A DNA stretch of 32,000 nt from Balneolaceae bacterium UBA7797 (GCA_002480645.1 DLCN01000003.1:276355-308354), one strand, 5' to 3'. Counted from the first letter of the stretch, positions 1 to 9,181 are shown. Notes: generated by a model from the sequence alone, not told the origin. Made by a program: numbers and translations.

Positions 1-2408
1 AAGTCGGGCACGATACGTATCACCATACGTTGTTCGAAATGTTGGGTAACTGGTCTTTTGGTGATTATTTCAAAAAAGAAGCAATAAGTTGGGCATGGGA
101 ATTATTGGTTGATCGATGGGGGCTTGAGCCGGATCGGTTATATGCTACTGTTTTTGGCGGTGATGAGAACGATGGATTATCCGTTGATGAAGAAGCCATC
201 GAATTGTGGAAAAGTGAAACCTCTATTGCTGAGAACCACATCCTGAAATTCGGTAAAAAAGATAATTTCTGGGAAATGGGAGACACCGGCCCATGCGGAC
301 CTTGTTCTGAAGTACATATTGACCTGAGGCCGGATGCAGAACGTAAAAAACAGGATGGAGCCGAATTGGTTAATATGGATGATCCCAGAGTGATGGAGAT
401 CTGGAACCTGGTATTCATTCAGTTTAACCGACAGCCTGATGGAAAACTGGTTACTCTGCCTGCCCGGCATGTGGATACCGGAATGGGTTTTGAACGGGTA
501 TGTGCCGTTCTGCAGGGCAAGAGTTCTAACTACGATTCAGACGTTTTCACTCCTCTTTTGGATGAGATCTCCGGTTTAGCCGGGCTCACTTATGGAAATG
601 ATGAGGAGAAAGATATTGCAATGCGTGTGATCGCCGATCACATTCGTGCTGTCACTTTTTCAATAGCGGATGGAGCTTCTCCCGGCAATGATGGCCGAGG
701 ATATGTAATCCGTCGGATCCTTCGCCGGGCCATTCGTTATGGATGGGACAAACTTGGTTTTAAAGAACCTTTCTTCTACAAATTGGTTGCCGTATTAGCA
801 GAGCAGTTTAAGGAGGTATTTCCGGAAGTTGTTGCTCAGCAGGAATACATTACCAATGTGATCAAAGCTGAGGAAAAAAGCTTTCTGAAGACGCTCGGAC
901 AAGGAATTGAGATCTTCCATGAAATGGTGAAGGACAAAAAAATATCCGGTGCTGAGGCGTTTAAATTACATGATACATATGGCTTCCCGATCGATCTTAC
1001 CCAGTTGATGGCTCGTGAGATCGGTGTTGATGTAGATGTTGACGGGTTTGACCGGCACATGCAGGAACAAAAAGATCGTGCACGTGCAGCCGGTAAATTC
1101 AGTGTCGATCAAAGTAAGACCAATGAGTGGGTGCTGGTTAACGACGCTGATGATTTTGAGTTTGTAGGATATGATGATTTCGAGGCCAATGTTTTGATCA
1201 CTGCTTATCGAAAAGAAGGTGACAGGGTTGCCTTTAAATTAAATAAGACGCCGTTTTATGCTGAAAGTGGTGGTCAGGTCGCGGATACCGGATTGCTAAC
1301 AAACGGTGATGTATTCATACATGTTAAGGATGTACAAAAAGGAGCAGATGGTTTTATTCATTACACCGATTCGTTGCCTGAAGACCTTTCAGGAAACTGG
1401 AATGCTCAGATCGATCTGGAGCGTCGTTTAGAGATTCAAAAACATCACTCAGCAACTCATCTTGCACATGCGGCACTTCGAAATGTACTTGGTGATCATG
1501 TGACACAGAAAGGTTCGTTAGTTAACGAAAAGCATTTACGATTCGATTTTTCTCATTACGAAGCAATGACCCGGGAACAGCTGGATGCTGTTGAAAAGCA
1601 GGTGAATGATAAGATCCAGGAGAATATTCCGCTGATCGAGGAGAGGGATGTTCCCATTGAAGAGGCCCGTAAAAAAGGTGCTATGATGCTCTTTGGCGAG
1701 AAATATGGCGACTTTGTTCGTGTGATCACCTTTGATGAGGATTACTCGGTAGAGCTTTGTGGTGGTACCCATGTTGGTGCAACCGGAGAGATCGGTTATT
1801 TCCGGTTTCTCAGCGAAAGTTCAGCTGCAGCCGGTATAAGAAGGATTGAGGCCGTTACCGGTAAAACGGCGGATGAGTTACTCAGAAAAGAGAAATATCT
1901 GGTAAGTAATATTAAATCCACATTCGGTCAGACCGATGATCCGGTATCCAGTTTGCAAAAGCTGATGGACGAAAAGAAAGCTCTGGAAAAAGAACTGGAA
2001 AAGTTAAATATGCAGCAAACCGGTGCAGTCTTAGATCAATTGATCGCTGCAAGATCATCCTCTGATCTGGGCTTTGATATTGTGAAAGGAATAGTTCCCG
2101 GAGCTGATATGAATGCGTTAAAACAACTCGGTTACGATGCCATTGAAAAGACAAAGACCGGCACTATGATCGTATTGGGCGCCAAAGATATGGAAGCCGG
2201 AAAAGTATTTCTGATGGTAGCCTTGACCGAAGATCTTATCAAAGAAAAAGCACTGAAAGCCGGCGCATTGGTTGGGAAACTTGGCCGACTTGTAGGTGGC
2301 GGAGGTGGTGGCCAACCAAATCTGGCAACAGCAGGAGGAAAGAATCCTGAAAAATTAGAGGAAGCACTGGAAAAGGTGAATGAAATCGCCTCAGAATTCA
2401 TTAGTTAA
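1..2408 (+). CDS. alaS: Alanine--tRNA ligase (AlaRS), 5'-truncated by the window edge
   Basis: The frame is open from base 3 (VGHDTYHHTLFEMLGNWSFGDYFKKEAI), matching the AlaRS HHTFFEMLGN-SFGDYFK core motif. Editing-domain zinc motifs are present (HHSATHLAHAALR, CGGTHV), as is the Gly-rich C-terminal DHHA1-like tail (GGGGGGQPNLATAGG). Stop is at 2406-2408. The ATG at 30 in the ORF track is internal. Confidence 0.95.
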   Translation, partial: VGHDTYHHTLFEMLGNWSFGDYFKKEAISWAWELLVDRWGLEPDRLYATVFGGDENDGLSVDEEAIELWKSETSIAENHILKFGKKDNFWEMGDTGPCGPCSEVHIDLRPDAERKKQDGAELVNMDDPRVMEIWNLVFIQFNRQPDGKLVTLPARHVDTGMGFERVCAVLQGKSSNYDSDVFTPLLDEISGLAGLTYGNDEEKDIAMRVIADHIRAVTFSIADGASPGNDGRGYVIRRILRRAIRYGWDKLGFKEPFFYKLVAVLAEQFKEVFPEVVAQQEYITNVIKAEEKSFLKTLGQGIEIFHEMVKDKKISGAEAFKLHDTYGFPIDLTQLMAREIGVDVDVDGFDRHMQEQKDRARAAGKFSVDQSKTNEWVLVNDADDFEFVGYDDFEANVLITAYRKEGDRVAFKLNKTPFYAESGGQVADTGLLTNGDVFIHVKDVQKGADGFIHYTDSLPEDLSGNWNAQIDLERRLEIQKHHSATHLAHAALRNVLGDHVTQKGSLVNEKHLRFDFSHYEAMTREQLDAVEKQVNDKIQENIPLIEERDVPIEEARKKGAMMLFGEKYGDFVRVITFDEDYSVELCGGTHVGATGEIGYFRFLSESSAAAGIRRIEAVTGKTADELLRKEKYLVSNIKSTFGQTDDPVSSLQKLMDEKKALEKELEKLNMQQTGAVLDQLIAARSSSDLGFDIVKGIVPGADMNALKQLGYDAIEKTKTGTMIVLGAKDMEAGKVFLMVALTEDLIKEKALKAGALVGKLGRLVGGGGGGQPNLATAGGKNPEKLEEALEKVNEIASEFIS

Positions 2409-2447
2409 TCAGTGTAAACGATTCACAAAATCTTCTTAAAAAATCGG

Positions 2448-2455
2448 TATATTTG
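2448..2455 (+). promoter_or_regulatory. Candidate Bacteroidota-type -7 promoter box (TAnnTTTG) upstream of pdhA
   Basis: TATATTTG at 2448-2455 matches TAnnTTTG exactly and lies 41 nt upstream of the pdhA ATG (2497). No clear -33 TTTG partner was seen. This is motif-only evidence. Confidence 0.3.
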
Positions 2456-2496
2456 AGCCCTTTTTTCACAGAGGATCAGATATCAACAAATTACTT

Positions 2497-3597
2497 ATGG
2501 CTGAAAACAAGAAAGACGATATAGTATTTGCCCCGAAAGGCATTGGAGATGAAAAAGACGGAGCAGTTCAGAAGGGAGTGGATCTCCCGGCTCCTACACG
2601 AAAAAAACATAAAAGTCTTGGGCTTACCGAAGATGATCTTAAAGCAATGTACGAGCAAATGTACTTGCAACGTCGTTTCGAAGAACGCTCTATGCAACAG
2701 TATCAAAAAGGAAAATTCGGTGGTTTTCTGCACCTTTACATTGGGCAGGAAGCGATCTCAACCGGTACTGTGTTCGCGTTTGATGACAAAGACGATATCA
2801 TTACCGGTTACCGTGATCATGGCTGGGGATTATGTCGTGGTCTGACGGCTAAAGAAGGAATGGCTGAGCTTTTTGGAAAAGCTACCGGGTGTTCAAAAGG
2901 TAAAGGCGGTTCTATGCACTTTGCCAATGCGAAAGAACATTTTTGGGGTGGTTACGGTATTGTAGGTGGCCATATTCCGATAGGTGCCGGATTTGCTTTC
3001 GCAAATAAATACAAAGGAACAGGTAATATCTCTGCTACTTTCTTTGGTGACGGAGCGGTAGATCAGGGTGCATTACACGAGTCAATGAATATCGCCCAAC
3101 TCTGGAAATTACCGGTACTCTTCGTTGTAGAGAACAACGGATATTCAATGGGTACTGCGGCTAAGCGTCATACCGTGGCAGAGATCGTAGATCGTGCAAA
3201 AGGCTATGGAATGAAGAGTGCAGTGATCAACGGTATGGATGTATTCTCTGTGTATGAAAAGATGAAAGAGATCGCCGACGATGTGCGCGAAAACTCGGAA
3301 CCTTACTTTATAGAGATCAGAACCTATCGCTACCGTGGGCACTCAATGTCTGATCCACAAAAGTACCGAACCAAGGAAGAATTAGAAGAATACCAGAAGA
3401 TCGATCCTATTCTTAAACTCCGCGATTATATCTTATCAAATGATATTATGACGGAAGAGGAGATCACCGAAGTTGAGGACAAAGTAGAGGAGGAAGTATT
3501 AGAAGCCGTAGAATTTGCAGATAATTCCCCATTCCCGGATGATGATGAACTCTACGACGATATGTTTGCTGACGACGAACCATACTTCCACGTTTAA
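2497..3597 (+). CDS. pdhA: Pyruvate dehydrogenase (acetyl-transferring) E1 component, alpha subunit (heterotetrameric alpha/beta type)
   Basis: 366 aa. It has the ThDP-binding signature GDGAVDQGALHESMNIAQLWKLPVLFVVENNGYSMGT (GDG...NN motif), YRYRGHSMSDP (the region phosphorylated in eukaryotic E1alpha) and YRDHG. It is followed directly by the beta and E2 genes. Confidence 0.9.
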   Translation: MAENKKDDIVFAPKGIGDEKDGAVQKGVDLPAPTRKKHKSLGLTEDDLKAMYEQMYLQRRFEERSMQQYQKGKFGGFLHLYIGQEAISTGTVFAFDDKDDIITGYRDHGWGLCRGLTAKEGMAELFGKATGCSKGKGGSMHFANAKEHFWGGYGIVGGHIPIGAGFAFANKYKGTGNISATFFGDGAVDQGALHESMNIAQLWKLPVLFVVENNGYSMGTAAKRHTVAEIVDRAKGYGMKSAVINGMDVFSVYEKMKEIADDVRENSEPYFIEIRTYRYRGHSMSDPQKYRTKEELEEYQKIDPILKLRDYILSNDIMTEEEITEVEDKVEEEVLEAVEFADNSPFPDDDELYDDMFADDEPYFHV

Positions 3598-3617
3598 TCC
3601 AAAGATTTTAAAAGAAA

Positions 3618-4598
3618 ATGGCTGAACTACAATTTAGAGAAGCAATAAAACAGGCAATTGATGAAGAAATGGGCCGTGATGAAAATGTTTTCATCATGGG
3701 TGAAGAAGTTGCCGAATATAACGGAGCCTATAAAGTAACCGAAGGGTTGCTGGACAAATATGGCTATAAAAGAGTGATTGATACGCCGATCTCTGAGCTT
3801 GGGTTTGCAGGAATAGGGGTTGGTGCTGCCATGCATGGATTACGACCTATCGTTGAATTCATGACCTTCAACTTCGCTGTATTAGCTGCTGATCAGATCA
3901 TTAACCACGCCACTAAAGTAAAGTACATGACGGGTGGTCAGGCTGATGCTCCGATCGTATTCAGAGGGCCCAATGCGTCCGCGGGTCAGCTGGGTGCTAC
4001 ACACTCGGTAGCTTATGACTCAATGTATGCAATGTTCCCCGGTCTCAAAGTGATCTACACTTCTGAACCGGATGATGCGAAAGGGTTAATGAAATCAGCG
4101 ATCCGTGATGACAATCCGGTATTGTTCATGGAATCAGAGCAAATGTATGGTCTGAAAGGTGAAGTTTCTGAAGAAGAAGATTATATCATCCCAATTGGTA
4201 AAGGAAAGATCAAACGGGAAGGTTCTGATGTAACGATCATCGCACATGGTAAGATGTATCACGTCGCAAAACAGGCCGCGGCTCAGTTAGCTAAAGATGG
4301 AATTGAAGCCGAGATCATTGATCCACGCACGGTAAAACCACTGGATCTGCCGTTGATCGTGGAATCCATCAAAAAAACGAATCGATGTGTAGTAGTTGAC
4401 GAAGCTCATCCATTTGCCGGATTTGCTGCAGAAATTGGATTCCTGATCCAGAGAGAAGCATTTGATTATTTAGATGCACCGGTTCAGCGGGTTACGTTAC
4501 CGGATGTGAACGCTCCGTTCTCAAAGAAGTTATTTGATCTTTGGTTACCTAGTCCAAAGAATGTAATTGAAGCAGTAAATCAGGTAACTTACCGATAG
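3618..4598 (+). CDS. pdhB: Pyruvate dehydrogenase E1 component, beta subunit
   Basis: 326 aa. Transketolase-like pyrimidine-binding and C-terminal domains are recognisable (VFIMGEEVAEYNGAYKVTEGL, RVIDTPISELGFAGIGVGAAMHGLRPIVEFMTFNF, IIDPRTVKPLD). It starts 20 nt after pdhA. Confidence 0.9.
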   Translation: MAELQFREAIKQAIDEEMGRDENVFIMGEEVAEYNGAYKVTEGLLDKYGYKRVIDTPISELGFAGIGVGAAMHGLRPIVEFMTFNFAVLAADQIINHATKVKYMTGGQADAPIVFRGPNASAGQLGATHSVAYDSMYAMFPGLKVIYTSEPDDAKGLMKSAIRDDNPVLFMESEQMYGLKGEVSEEEDYIIPIGKGKIKREGSDVTIIAHGKMYHVAKQAAAQLAKDGIEAEIIDPRTVKPLDLPLIVESIKKTNRCVVVDEAHPFAGFAAEIGFLIQREAFDYLDAPVQRVTLPDVNAPFSKKLFDLWLPSPKNVIEAVNQVTYR

Positions 4599-4628
4599 AA
4601 ATTTAACCATTTATATAATTCTACCATT

Positions 4629-5879
4629 ATGGCTATTAAAATAGAAATGCCCAAGTTGAGCGATACCATGGAAGAAGGGGTGATCGCAAAATGGAATGTT
4701 AAAGAAGGGGATAAAGTAGAAGCCGGAGATATTATCGCCGAGGTTGAAACCGACAAAGCTACCATGGATGTGGAAGTGTTTGATGCCGGTACAATTTTGA
4801 AGATTGTTCCCGGCGAAGGTGACTCTGTTCCTTTAGGCGGTTTAATAGCCGTTATTGGTGAAGAGGGAGAAGATATCAGTGATCTGACCTCAGGTGATGA
4901 TCCAGGAGATAGTTCTTCATCTGAAAAAGAGGCAGAGAGCAAATCTGAGCCTGAAGCAGAAGAGAAGAAAGAGACTACAGCTCCTGCTTCTACTTCAGAT
5001 GAAGATGGTAGAATTAAAGCATCGCCACTGGCTCGCAAGATCGCAGAAGATAAAGGAATTAATCTTTCTGATGTAAATGGCTCCGGACCTGAAGGTCGGA
5101 TCATTAAAAAAGATGTGGAAGATTTCAGTCCTTCTAAAGGAGGGTTAACCAAACCTGAGGCTACATCTGCTTCTAAACCGGCTCCTGTATTCGATAATCT
5201 GGAGAGTAAAGAAGTAAAAGTTTCTCAGATGAGAAAAGTGATCGCCCGTCGTCTCTCGGAGAGTAAATTCACCAATCCACATTTCTATGAAACGATCGAT
5301 ATAGACATGAAAGCAGCAATGGCAGCAAGAAGTGCACTAAATGCTGCGAATGATGTGAAGATCAGCTTTAATGACATTGTTGTAAAAGCCTCTGCGATCG
5401 CTTTGACCCGCCATCAGGCAATTAACAGCTCATGGCACGATGATGTGATCATGGAACATGGTGACGTTCATATTGCGGTTGCAGTTGCTATCGATGAAGG
5501 GCTTATGACTCCTGTGATCGATCATGCCGACAAAAAAGGCCTGGCTCAGATCAGTTCCGAAACCCGTGAATTAGCCGGATTAGCCCGTGATCGTAAACTT
5601 CAGCCTGAACAAATGGAAGGCAGTACCTTTACGATCAGTAATCTGGGAATGTTTGGGATCGAAGAATTTACAGCCATCATAAATCCACCAAATGCCTGTA
5701 TCATGGCAGTAGGAGCGATCCGTGACGTACCTGTGGTTGAAAATGGGGAAGTAGTTCCAGGAAAGAGAATGAAAGTCACTTTATCAAGCGACCACCGTAT
5801 TGTGGATGGAGCGAAAGCGGCACAATTTCTCAATACCTTCAAAGAGCTCATGGAAAATCCACTTTCTATGCTACTGTAG
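4629..5879 (+). CDS. pdhC: Dihydrolipoamide acetyltransferase (E2) of the pyruvate dehydrogenase complex
   Basis: 416 aa. It has one lipoyl domain with the lipoyl-lysine motif (AEVETDKATMDVE) and an acidic/Ser-rich linker. A peripheral-subunit-binding domain follows (ASPLARKIAEDKGINLSDVNGSGPEGRIIKKDV), then a catalytic domain with DHRIVDGA. No E3 (lpd) gene is in the window. Confidence 0.9.
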   Translation: MAIKIEMPKLSDTMEEGVIAKWNVKEGDKVEAGDIIAEVETDKATMDVEVFDAGTILKIVPGEGDSVPLGGLIAVIGEEGEDISDLTSGDDPGDSSSSEKEAESKSEPEAEEKKETTAPASTSDEDGRIKASPLARKIAEDKGINLSDVNGSGPEGRIIKKDVEDFSPSKGGLTKPEATSASKPAPVFDNLESKEVKVSQMRKVIARRLSESKFTNPHFYETIDIDMKAAMAARSALNAANDVKISFNDIVVKASAIALTRHQAINSSWHDDVIMEHGDVHIAVAVAIDEGLMTPVIDHADKKGLAQISSETRELAGLARDRKLQPEQMEGSTFTISNLGMFGIEEFTAIINPPNACIMAVGAIRDVPVVENGEVVPGKRMKVTLSSDHRIVDGAKAAQFLNTFKELMENPLSMLL

Positions 5880-5909
5880 TTGTTTTAGAATAACCGTCAA
5901 AATTTTTAA

Positions 5910-5936
5910 AGGCTCATCTTGGATGGGCCTTTTTTG
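5910..5936. terminator. Bidirectional rho-independent terminator between the convergent pdh operon and the minus-strand cluster
   Basis: A 9-bp stem, AGGCTCATC (5910-5918) / GATGGGCCT (5922-5930, one G-U pair), encloses a 3-nt loop. It is followed by T6 on the + strand and preceded by an A/T-rich stretch (AATTTTTAAA), which reads as a partial U-tract on the - strand. It sits 31 nt after the E2 stop. Confidence 0.7.
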
Positions 5937-6009
5937 TTTGCGTTCAGTTGCAGGATGAGATTCGAACTAGTAGTGAACAGCTAGTGGTAGTCACTGTTCG
6001 ATAATGATC

Positions 6010-7815
6010 TTATGGATATTCTAAAAGGTAGATGACCGGCTCAGAACCACGATCAGCTAAACGACGGGCTAAAGCGTTTGCATCTCTGAAGGAGTTAAAG
6101 ATCTCAGATACCTGTACATAATAAAGCCCATTTTCCATCCCGAATACTCGGGTATCGATATTTAGGGCTTCTTTTAATGATTGTACGGCAGCTTCTGCGA
6201 GCTGTCGGTTCTCAAATACATTAATTTGTATCTGATATCTGGCCCGGTAATTTCTGAAATCTTCCGTATTTGGCTTGAGTTCGAGATTTCTGGTTAATCC
6301 CTTTTCCCTGATATTGTTAAGAACAGATAATGCATGATCCTGGCGGGTGTATGGTCCATTCACCACAAGAAAACGGTTTTCAGATTTTACGATATAGGAT
6401 TCGATCCCATAATCTCCAAGAATGGTAAATGAATAATCAATGGCATTTTGCTCTGAAGAGAATGAACCAAATTGGATTAGGTAAGTTAGGGTCTCTATTC
6501 TGTTACTTCCTGCATCACATCGGTGAACAAGATTCAGGTTTAACTCAGGCATCTCACTCTTAACAGTTCTGTAATCTTCAATTGCTTTGGTAAAGTTTTG
6601 ATCACCGGAAGAACGAATGGTATACAGGTCGTTATTAAAACCAATATTAAGTGCTACCCCGGTTCTTTCCGTTACTGAGTTTGAGACATCAAAAGCACTG
6701 TTTAAAGATCTGAAGCTGCCAACCTGAATTGCATAACTACAATTATCCCTGGAACCAAGTGAGAAAACAGCATTTGATGATACCGGTTCCGGATCAGGGG
6801 TTTCAGGCTGTTCAGTTACCTTTTCCGGTTGATCTGCAGCTAATGGTTCGTCAGCTTCAGCAATTTCTTCGTCCTCATCAGGAGTCTGTATGACCTCTTC
6901 TTCTGTATCAACCGTTGTAGCATTATTATTGCTAGCTGATGGGGGCTGAACGGGCTCCGGTAATGGTTTGATTGCCGGAATCGCATCAGATATAAACGTT
7001 AGAGAATCGCTAACAGTCAGGAATTGATTGGTCAGTGAATCTATGTTTGCATTTTGTAGAGAATCAGACTCTAACGAATCTGCCTCAGCAAGTAATTCCT
7101 CTTCCGGCTCAGGTTTTTCTTCCATAGAATAATACAAACGAAGCACTACTCTTCTGTTCATCTCCCTCGGAGCCTCAACCCGTTCGCCATTCTCATCGGT
7201 GATATATCTTGGTCGTGAATCCGCGTAACCTGAAGCCTTCAGGCGAGATTTATCAATGCCTTCTGAAATGAAATACTTGACCACATCTGCTGCCCGTGCT
7301 GTAGATAATTCCCAGTTAGATGGATAAATACGAGATGAGATCGGCACATCATCCGTATGGCCTTCAACATCAATATTATAATCGTCGTACTCATTTTTCC
7401 GGATGGCGACAACGATCTTATTCAAAATATCTTTAGCTGATGAAAGAAGGTTTGCACTTCCCGAATTAAAGAAAGAGTCACTGCTGAATCTGATCTTAAT
7501 ATCATTAAGATCACGGTTGATCTCGATCTTACCTGCCTCGATCTCGTCTACAAGGTAGATCTCCAGTTGACGCTGAACTTCTTCGATCGGGGTGGTTATA
7601 TACTCGGTTTCTATCACCGAGGAGTCGTATAAATTTGAGACGGAAAGGGGATCTTGTTTTGTGATCTGAGAGACGGAAAGTAATACGATCAAAAAACCAA
7701 GGATCACCGTAATGATATCGAGATAACTGATCTGCCAGCTATCCTCATCTTCTCCCTCAAAATGACTGTTGGGGAAGAGTGAATTTCTATTTCTATTGGA
7801 TGGTCCCGGACTCAA
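6010..7815 (-). CDS. MotB-like stator anchor: N-terminal MotB TM/plug, OmpA-like peptidoglycan-binding domain, acidic Pro-rich linker and three C-terminal SPOR repeats
   Basis: 601 aa. The TM segment WQISYLDIITVILGFLIVLL carries the single conserved Asp of MotB-type proteins (compare E. coli YADFMTAMMAFF). The OmpA_C-like core is IDVEGHTDDVPISSRIYPSNWELSTARAADVVKYF...GYADSRP...NRRVVLRL (about 7132-7503). Three SPOR-like units lie at about 6013-6741 (YAIQVGSFRS..., YLIQFGSFSS...LVVNGPYT, YQIQINVFEN...YYVQVSEIF). The start codon is TTG at 7815, 18 nt after the motA-like stop; no in-frame ATG precedes the TM helix. Confidence 0.8.
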   Translation of the reverse strand: MSPGPSNRNRNSLFPNSHFEGEDEDSWQISYLDIITVILGFLIVLLSVSQITKQDPLSVSNLYDSSVIETEYITTPIEEVQRQLEIYLVDEIEAGKIEINRDLNDIKIRFSSDSFFNSGSANLLSSAKDILNKIVVAIRKNEYDDYNIDVEGHTDDVPISSRIYPSNWELSTARAADVVKYFISEGIDKSRLKASGYADSRPRYITDENGERVEAPREMNRRVVLRLYYSMEEKPEPEEELLAEADSLESDSLQNANIDSLTNQFLTVSDSLTFISDAIPAIKPLPEPVQPPSASNNNATTVDTEEEVIQTPDEDEEIAEADEPLAADQPEKVTEQPETPDPEPVSSNAVFSLGSRDNCSYAIQVGSFRSLNSAFDVSNSVTERTGVALNIGFNNDLYTIRSSGDQNFTKAIEDYRTVKSEMPELNLNLVHRCDAGSNRIETLTYLIQFGSFSSEQNAIDYSFTILGDYGIESYIVKSENRFLVVNGPYTRQDHALSVLNNIREKGLTRNLELKPNTEDFRNYRARYQIQINVFENRQLAEAAVQSLKEALNIDTRVFGMENGLYYVQVSEIFNSFRDANALARRLADRGSEPVIYLLEYP

Positions 7816-7833
7816 AGTGTACGACTTTATACT

Positions 7834-8631
7834 TTATAGTTGTGTCTTATTCCGGCGCATATGGGCCTGCAGTTTATCGTAGATCTGTAATGAGGTTTTT
7901 TGATTTTCGATAAGTAAAACGCCTTCCAGTATCATTTTTTCACGAAAATATTGAAGTGAAGCAATATTATTCATTTTTCGGGCCATAGGAATGAATATGA
8001 AGTTACCAATGATGATCCCATATAAAGTGGTCATAAGCGCAGCTGCCAGTCCTGTAAGCAGAGACTCTACTTCGTTGAACCCTGAAAGCATCACAATAAG
8101 GCCAAAAAGTGTACCCAGCATTCCAAATACAGGGGCAGATTTACCCATGCTCATTATGATCTGATTGATCTGCAATTGTTTAGAGAAATTCTCCTCAATA
8201 TTTATCTCTCCCAATTCCCGGAGTTCCTCTGAACTATAGTTGGTATCCATCACAGAAAACAAATAGCCTTCGAAGGTTTCCATATAATCTTCACTTAATT
8301 GAGCAACCGCTTGTACCCGGTCTTCTTTGATCATTTTCTGCCATTCTAAGATACGTTGAATATCATCCTCTAAAAGGTCATCAGAGATGGTGCTGTGAGA
8401 GAATAAACGCAGGCTTTCCCGATAGGCTCTCAGTACATTTCTAAATGGGTAACTGATAAAGATACTGGCAGAGACACCACCGATCACAATAGCCAAACTT
8501 GGTAGATTCAGATATTCCAGTGTGGTTGGTATCAGCTCATATTGGGTAAAACCCATTACTAATAATGATCCCCACAGTAAAACCATCATGGAGATCAAAA
8601 AGCTGAGTATGTTTAAGATAGAAGTACGCAT
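7834..8631 (-). CDS. MotA/TolQ/ExbB-family proton-channel protein (MotA-like stator subunit)
   Basis: 265 aa. Two N-terminal TM helices are followed by a charged cytoplasmic loop of about 100 aa. The MotA_ExbB core is MGKSAPVFGMLGTLFGLIVML...LAAALMTTLYGIIIGNFIFIPMARKM, with the conserved Pro residues in TM3 and TM4. It lies immediately upstream of the MotB-like gene. Confidence 0.85.
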   Translation of the reverse strand: MRTSILNILSFLISMMVLLWGSLLVMGFTQYELIPTTLEYLNLPSLAIVIGGVSASIFISYPFRNVLRAYRESLRLFSHSTISDDLLEDDIQRILEWQKMIKEDRVQAVAQLSEDYMETFEGYLFSVMDTNYSSEELRELGEINIEENFSKQLQINQIIMSMGKSAPVFGMLGTLFGLIVMLSGFNEVESLLTGLAAALMTTLYGIIIGNFIFIPMARKMNNIASLQYFREKMILEGVLLIENQKTSLQIYDKLQAHMRRNKTQL

Positions 8632-8643
8632 AAGTGGTAATTC

Positions 8644-9147
8644 TTAAAAATTTTTCCTGAATTTGTCATCAAGCAAACCTTGATTCTGTAGCTCTCTGAG
8701 CACATAGTTTGAGTAGGAGAGCGGTAGATTTTCGTCCAGCTCTAAGGCTTTTCTCCAATCCCGTACAAAATTATCAACCGAACCTAATCCCAGAAAGATA
8801 CTACCTCTAAGAGCAAGAATATCTGCATTTTCTTTAAAACCGTACGCCTTGTTTATATAGTAAAGGGCCTGTTCATAATCTCCGTTATAATATCTCTGTT
8901 GAGCCAGGATATAGAATGTTGTAAGTCCGTTAGCCCTGGCCTGATATTCATTGTACAGATCGATCTTATATTGTTTTTTGATCTCGTTTCTTAATGAATC
9001 AGCTACCGAAGACCGATCACTGTCTTCGTTATCCTGTGTATCCTCAGGATCAGTAAAACTCTCAGCAGAGACATCATCCATCGCTTTTTCACTACTTTTA
9101 CACGAAAAAAGCAGGGCGTAGGCAGGAATCATCATGATCACACCCAA
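8644..9147 (-). CDS. Putative TPR-repeat lipoprotein
   Basis: 167 aa. The N-terminus is hydrophobic and ends in a lipobox-like LLFSC, followed by an acidic stretch. TPR-like helices follow (YNGDYEQALYYINKAYGFKENADILALRGSIFLGLGSVDNFVRDWRKALELD). The ORF-track start is TTG at 9147; alternative ATGs at 9135 and 9132 are in frame, so the start is uncertain. Confidence 0.5.
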   Translation of the reverse strand: MGVIMMIPAYALLFSCKSSEKAMDDVSAESFTDPEDTQDNEDSDRSSVADSLRNEIKKQYKIDLYNEYQARANGLTTFYILAQQRYYNGDYEQALYYINKAYGFKENADILALRGSIFLGLGSVDNFVRDWRKALELDENLPLSYSNYVLRELQNQGLLDDKFRKNF

Positions 9148-9181
9148 ATAGAATAGTGATATTTGACTCCTGTTTTTGATA

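Noticed and set aside
65-2401. Several 65-117-aa minus-strand ORFs inside alaS (65..418, 177..470, 836..1060, 1536..1772, 1912..2154, 2118..2315, 2132..2401)
   Set aside because: All are embedded antisense in a strongly supported AlaRS CDS, carry no motifs, and are typical shadow ORFs.
2491-3342. Overlapping ORFs around pdhA (2491..2733 -, 2528..2845 +, 3145..3342 -)
   Set aside because: They are alternative-frame or antisense ORFs within pdhA with no independent support.
4589-5152. 187-aa antisense ORF opposite the 5' part of the E2 gene
   Set aside because: It is a Ser/Pro-rich translation produced by the reverse complement of the E2 lipoyl domain and acidic linker. The E2 gene on the + strand is unambiguous.
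5941-6009. Second hairpin downstream of the MotB-like stop (GAACAG...CTGTTC)
   Set aside because: It has only a 6-bp stem with a 13-nt loop and no U-tract on either strand. The hairpin at 5910-5936 explains termination better.
6010-8631. Reading the MotA/MotB-like pair as ExbB/ExbD or TolQ/TolR
   Set aside because: The partner protein has the MotB layout (a single TM helix with Asp, followed by an OmpA-like peptidoglycan-binding domain) rather than the short ExbD/TolR fold. No TonB/TolA-like Pro-rich TM protein is adjacent, and a FliG homologue lies two genes upstream. MotA_ExbB-family membership alone cannot separate these subfamilies without a phylogeny.
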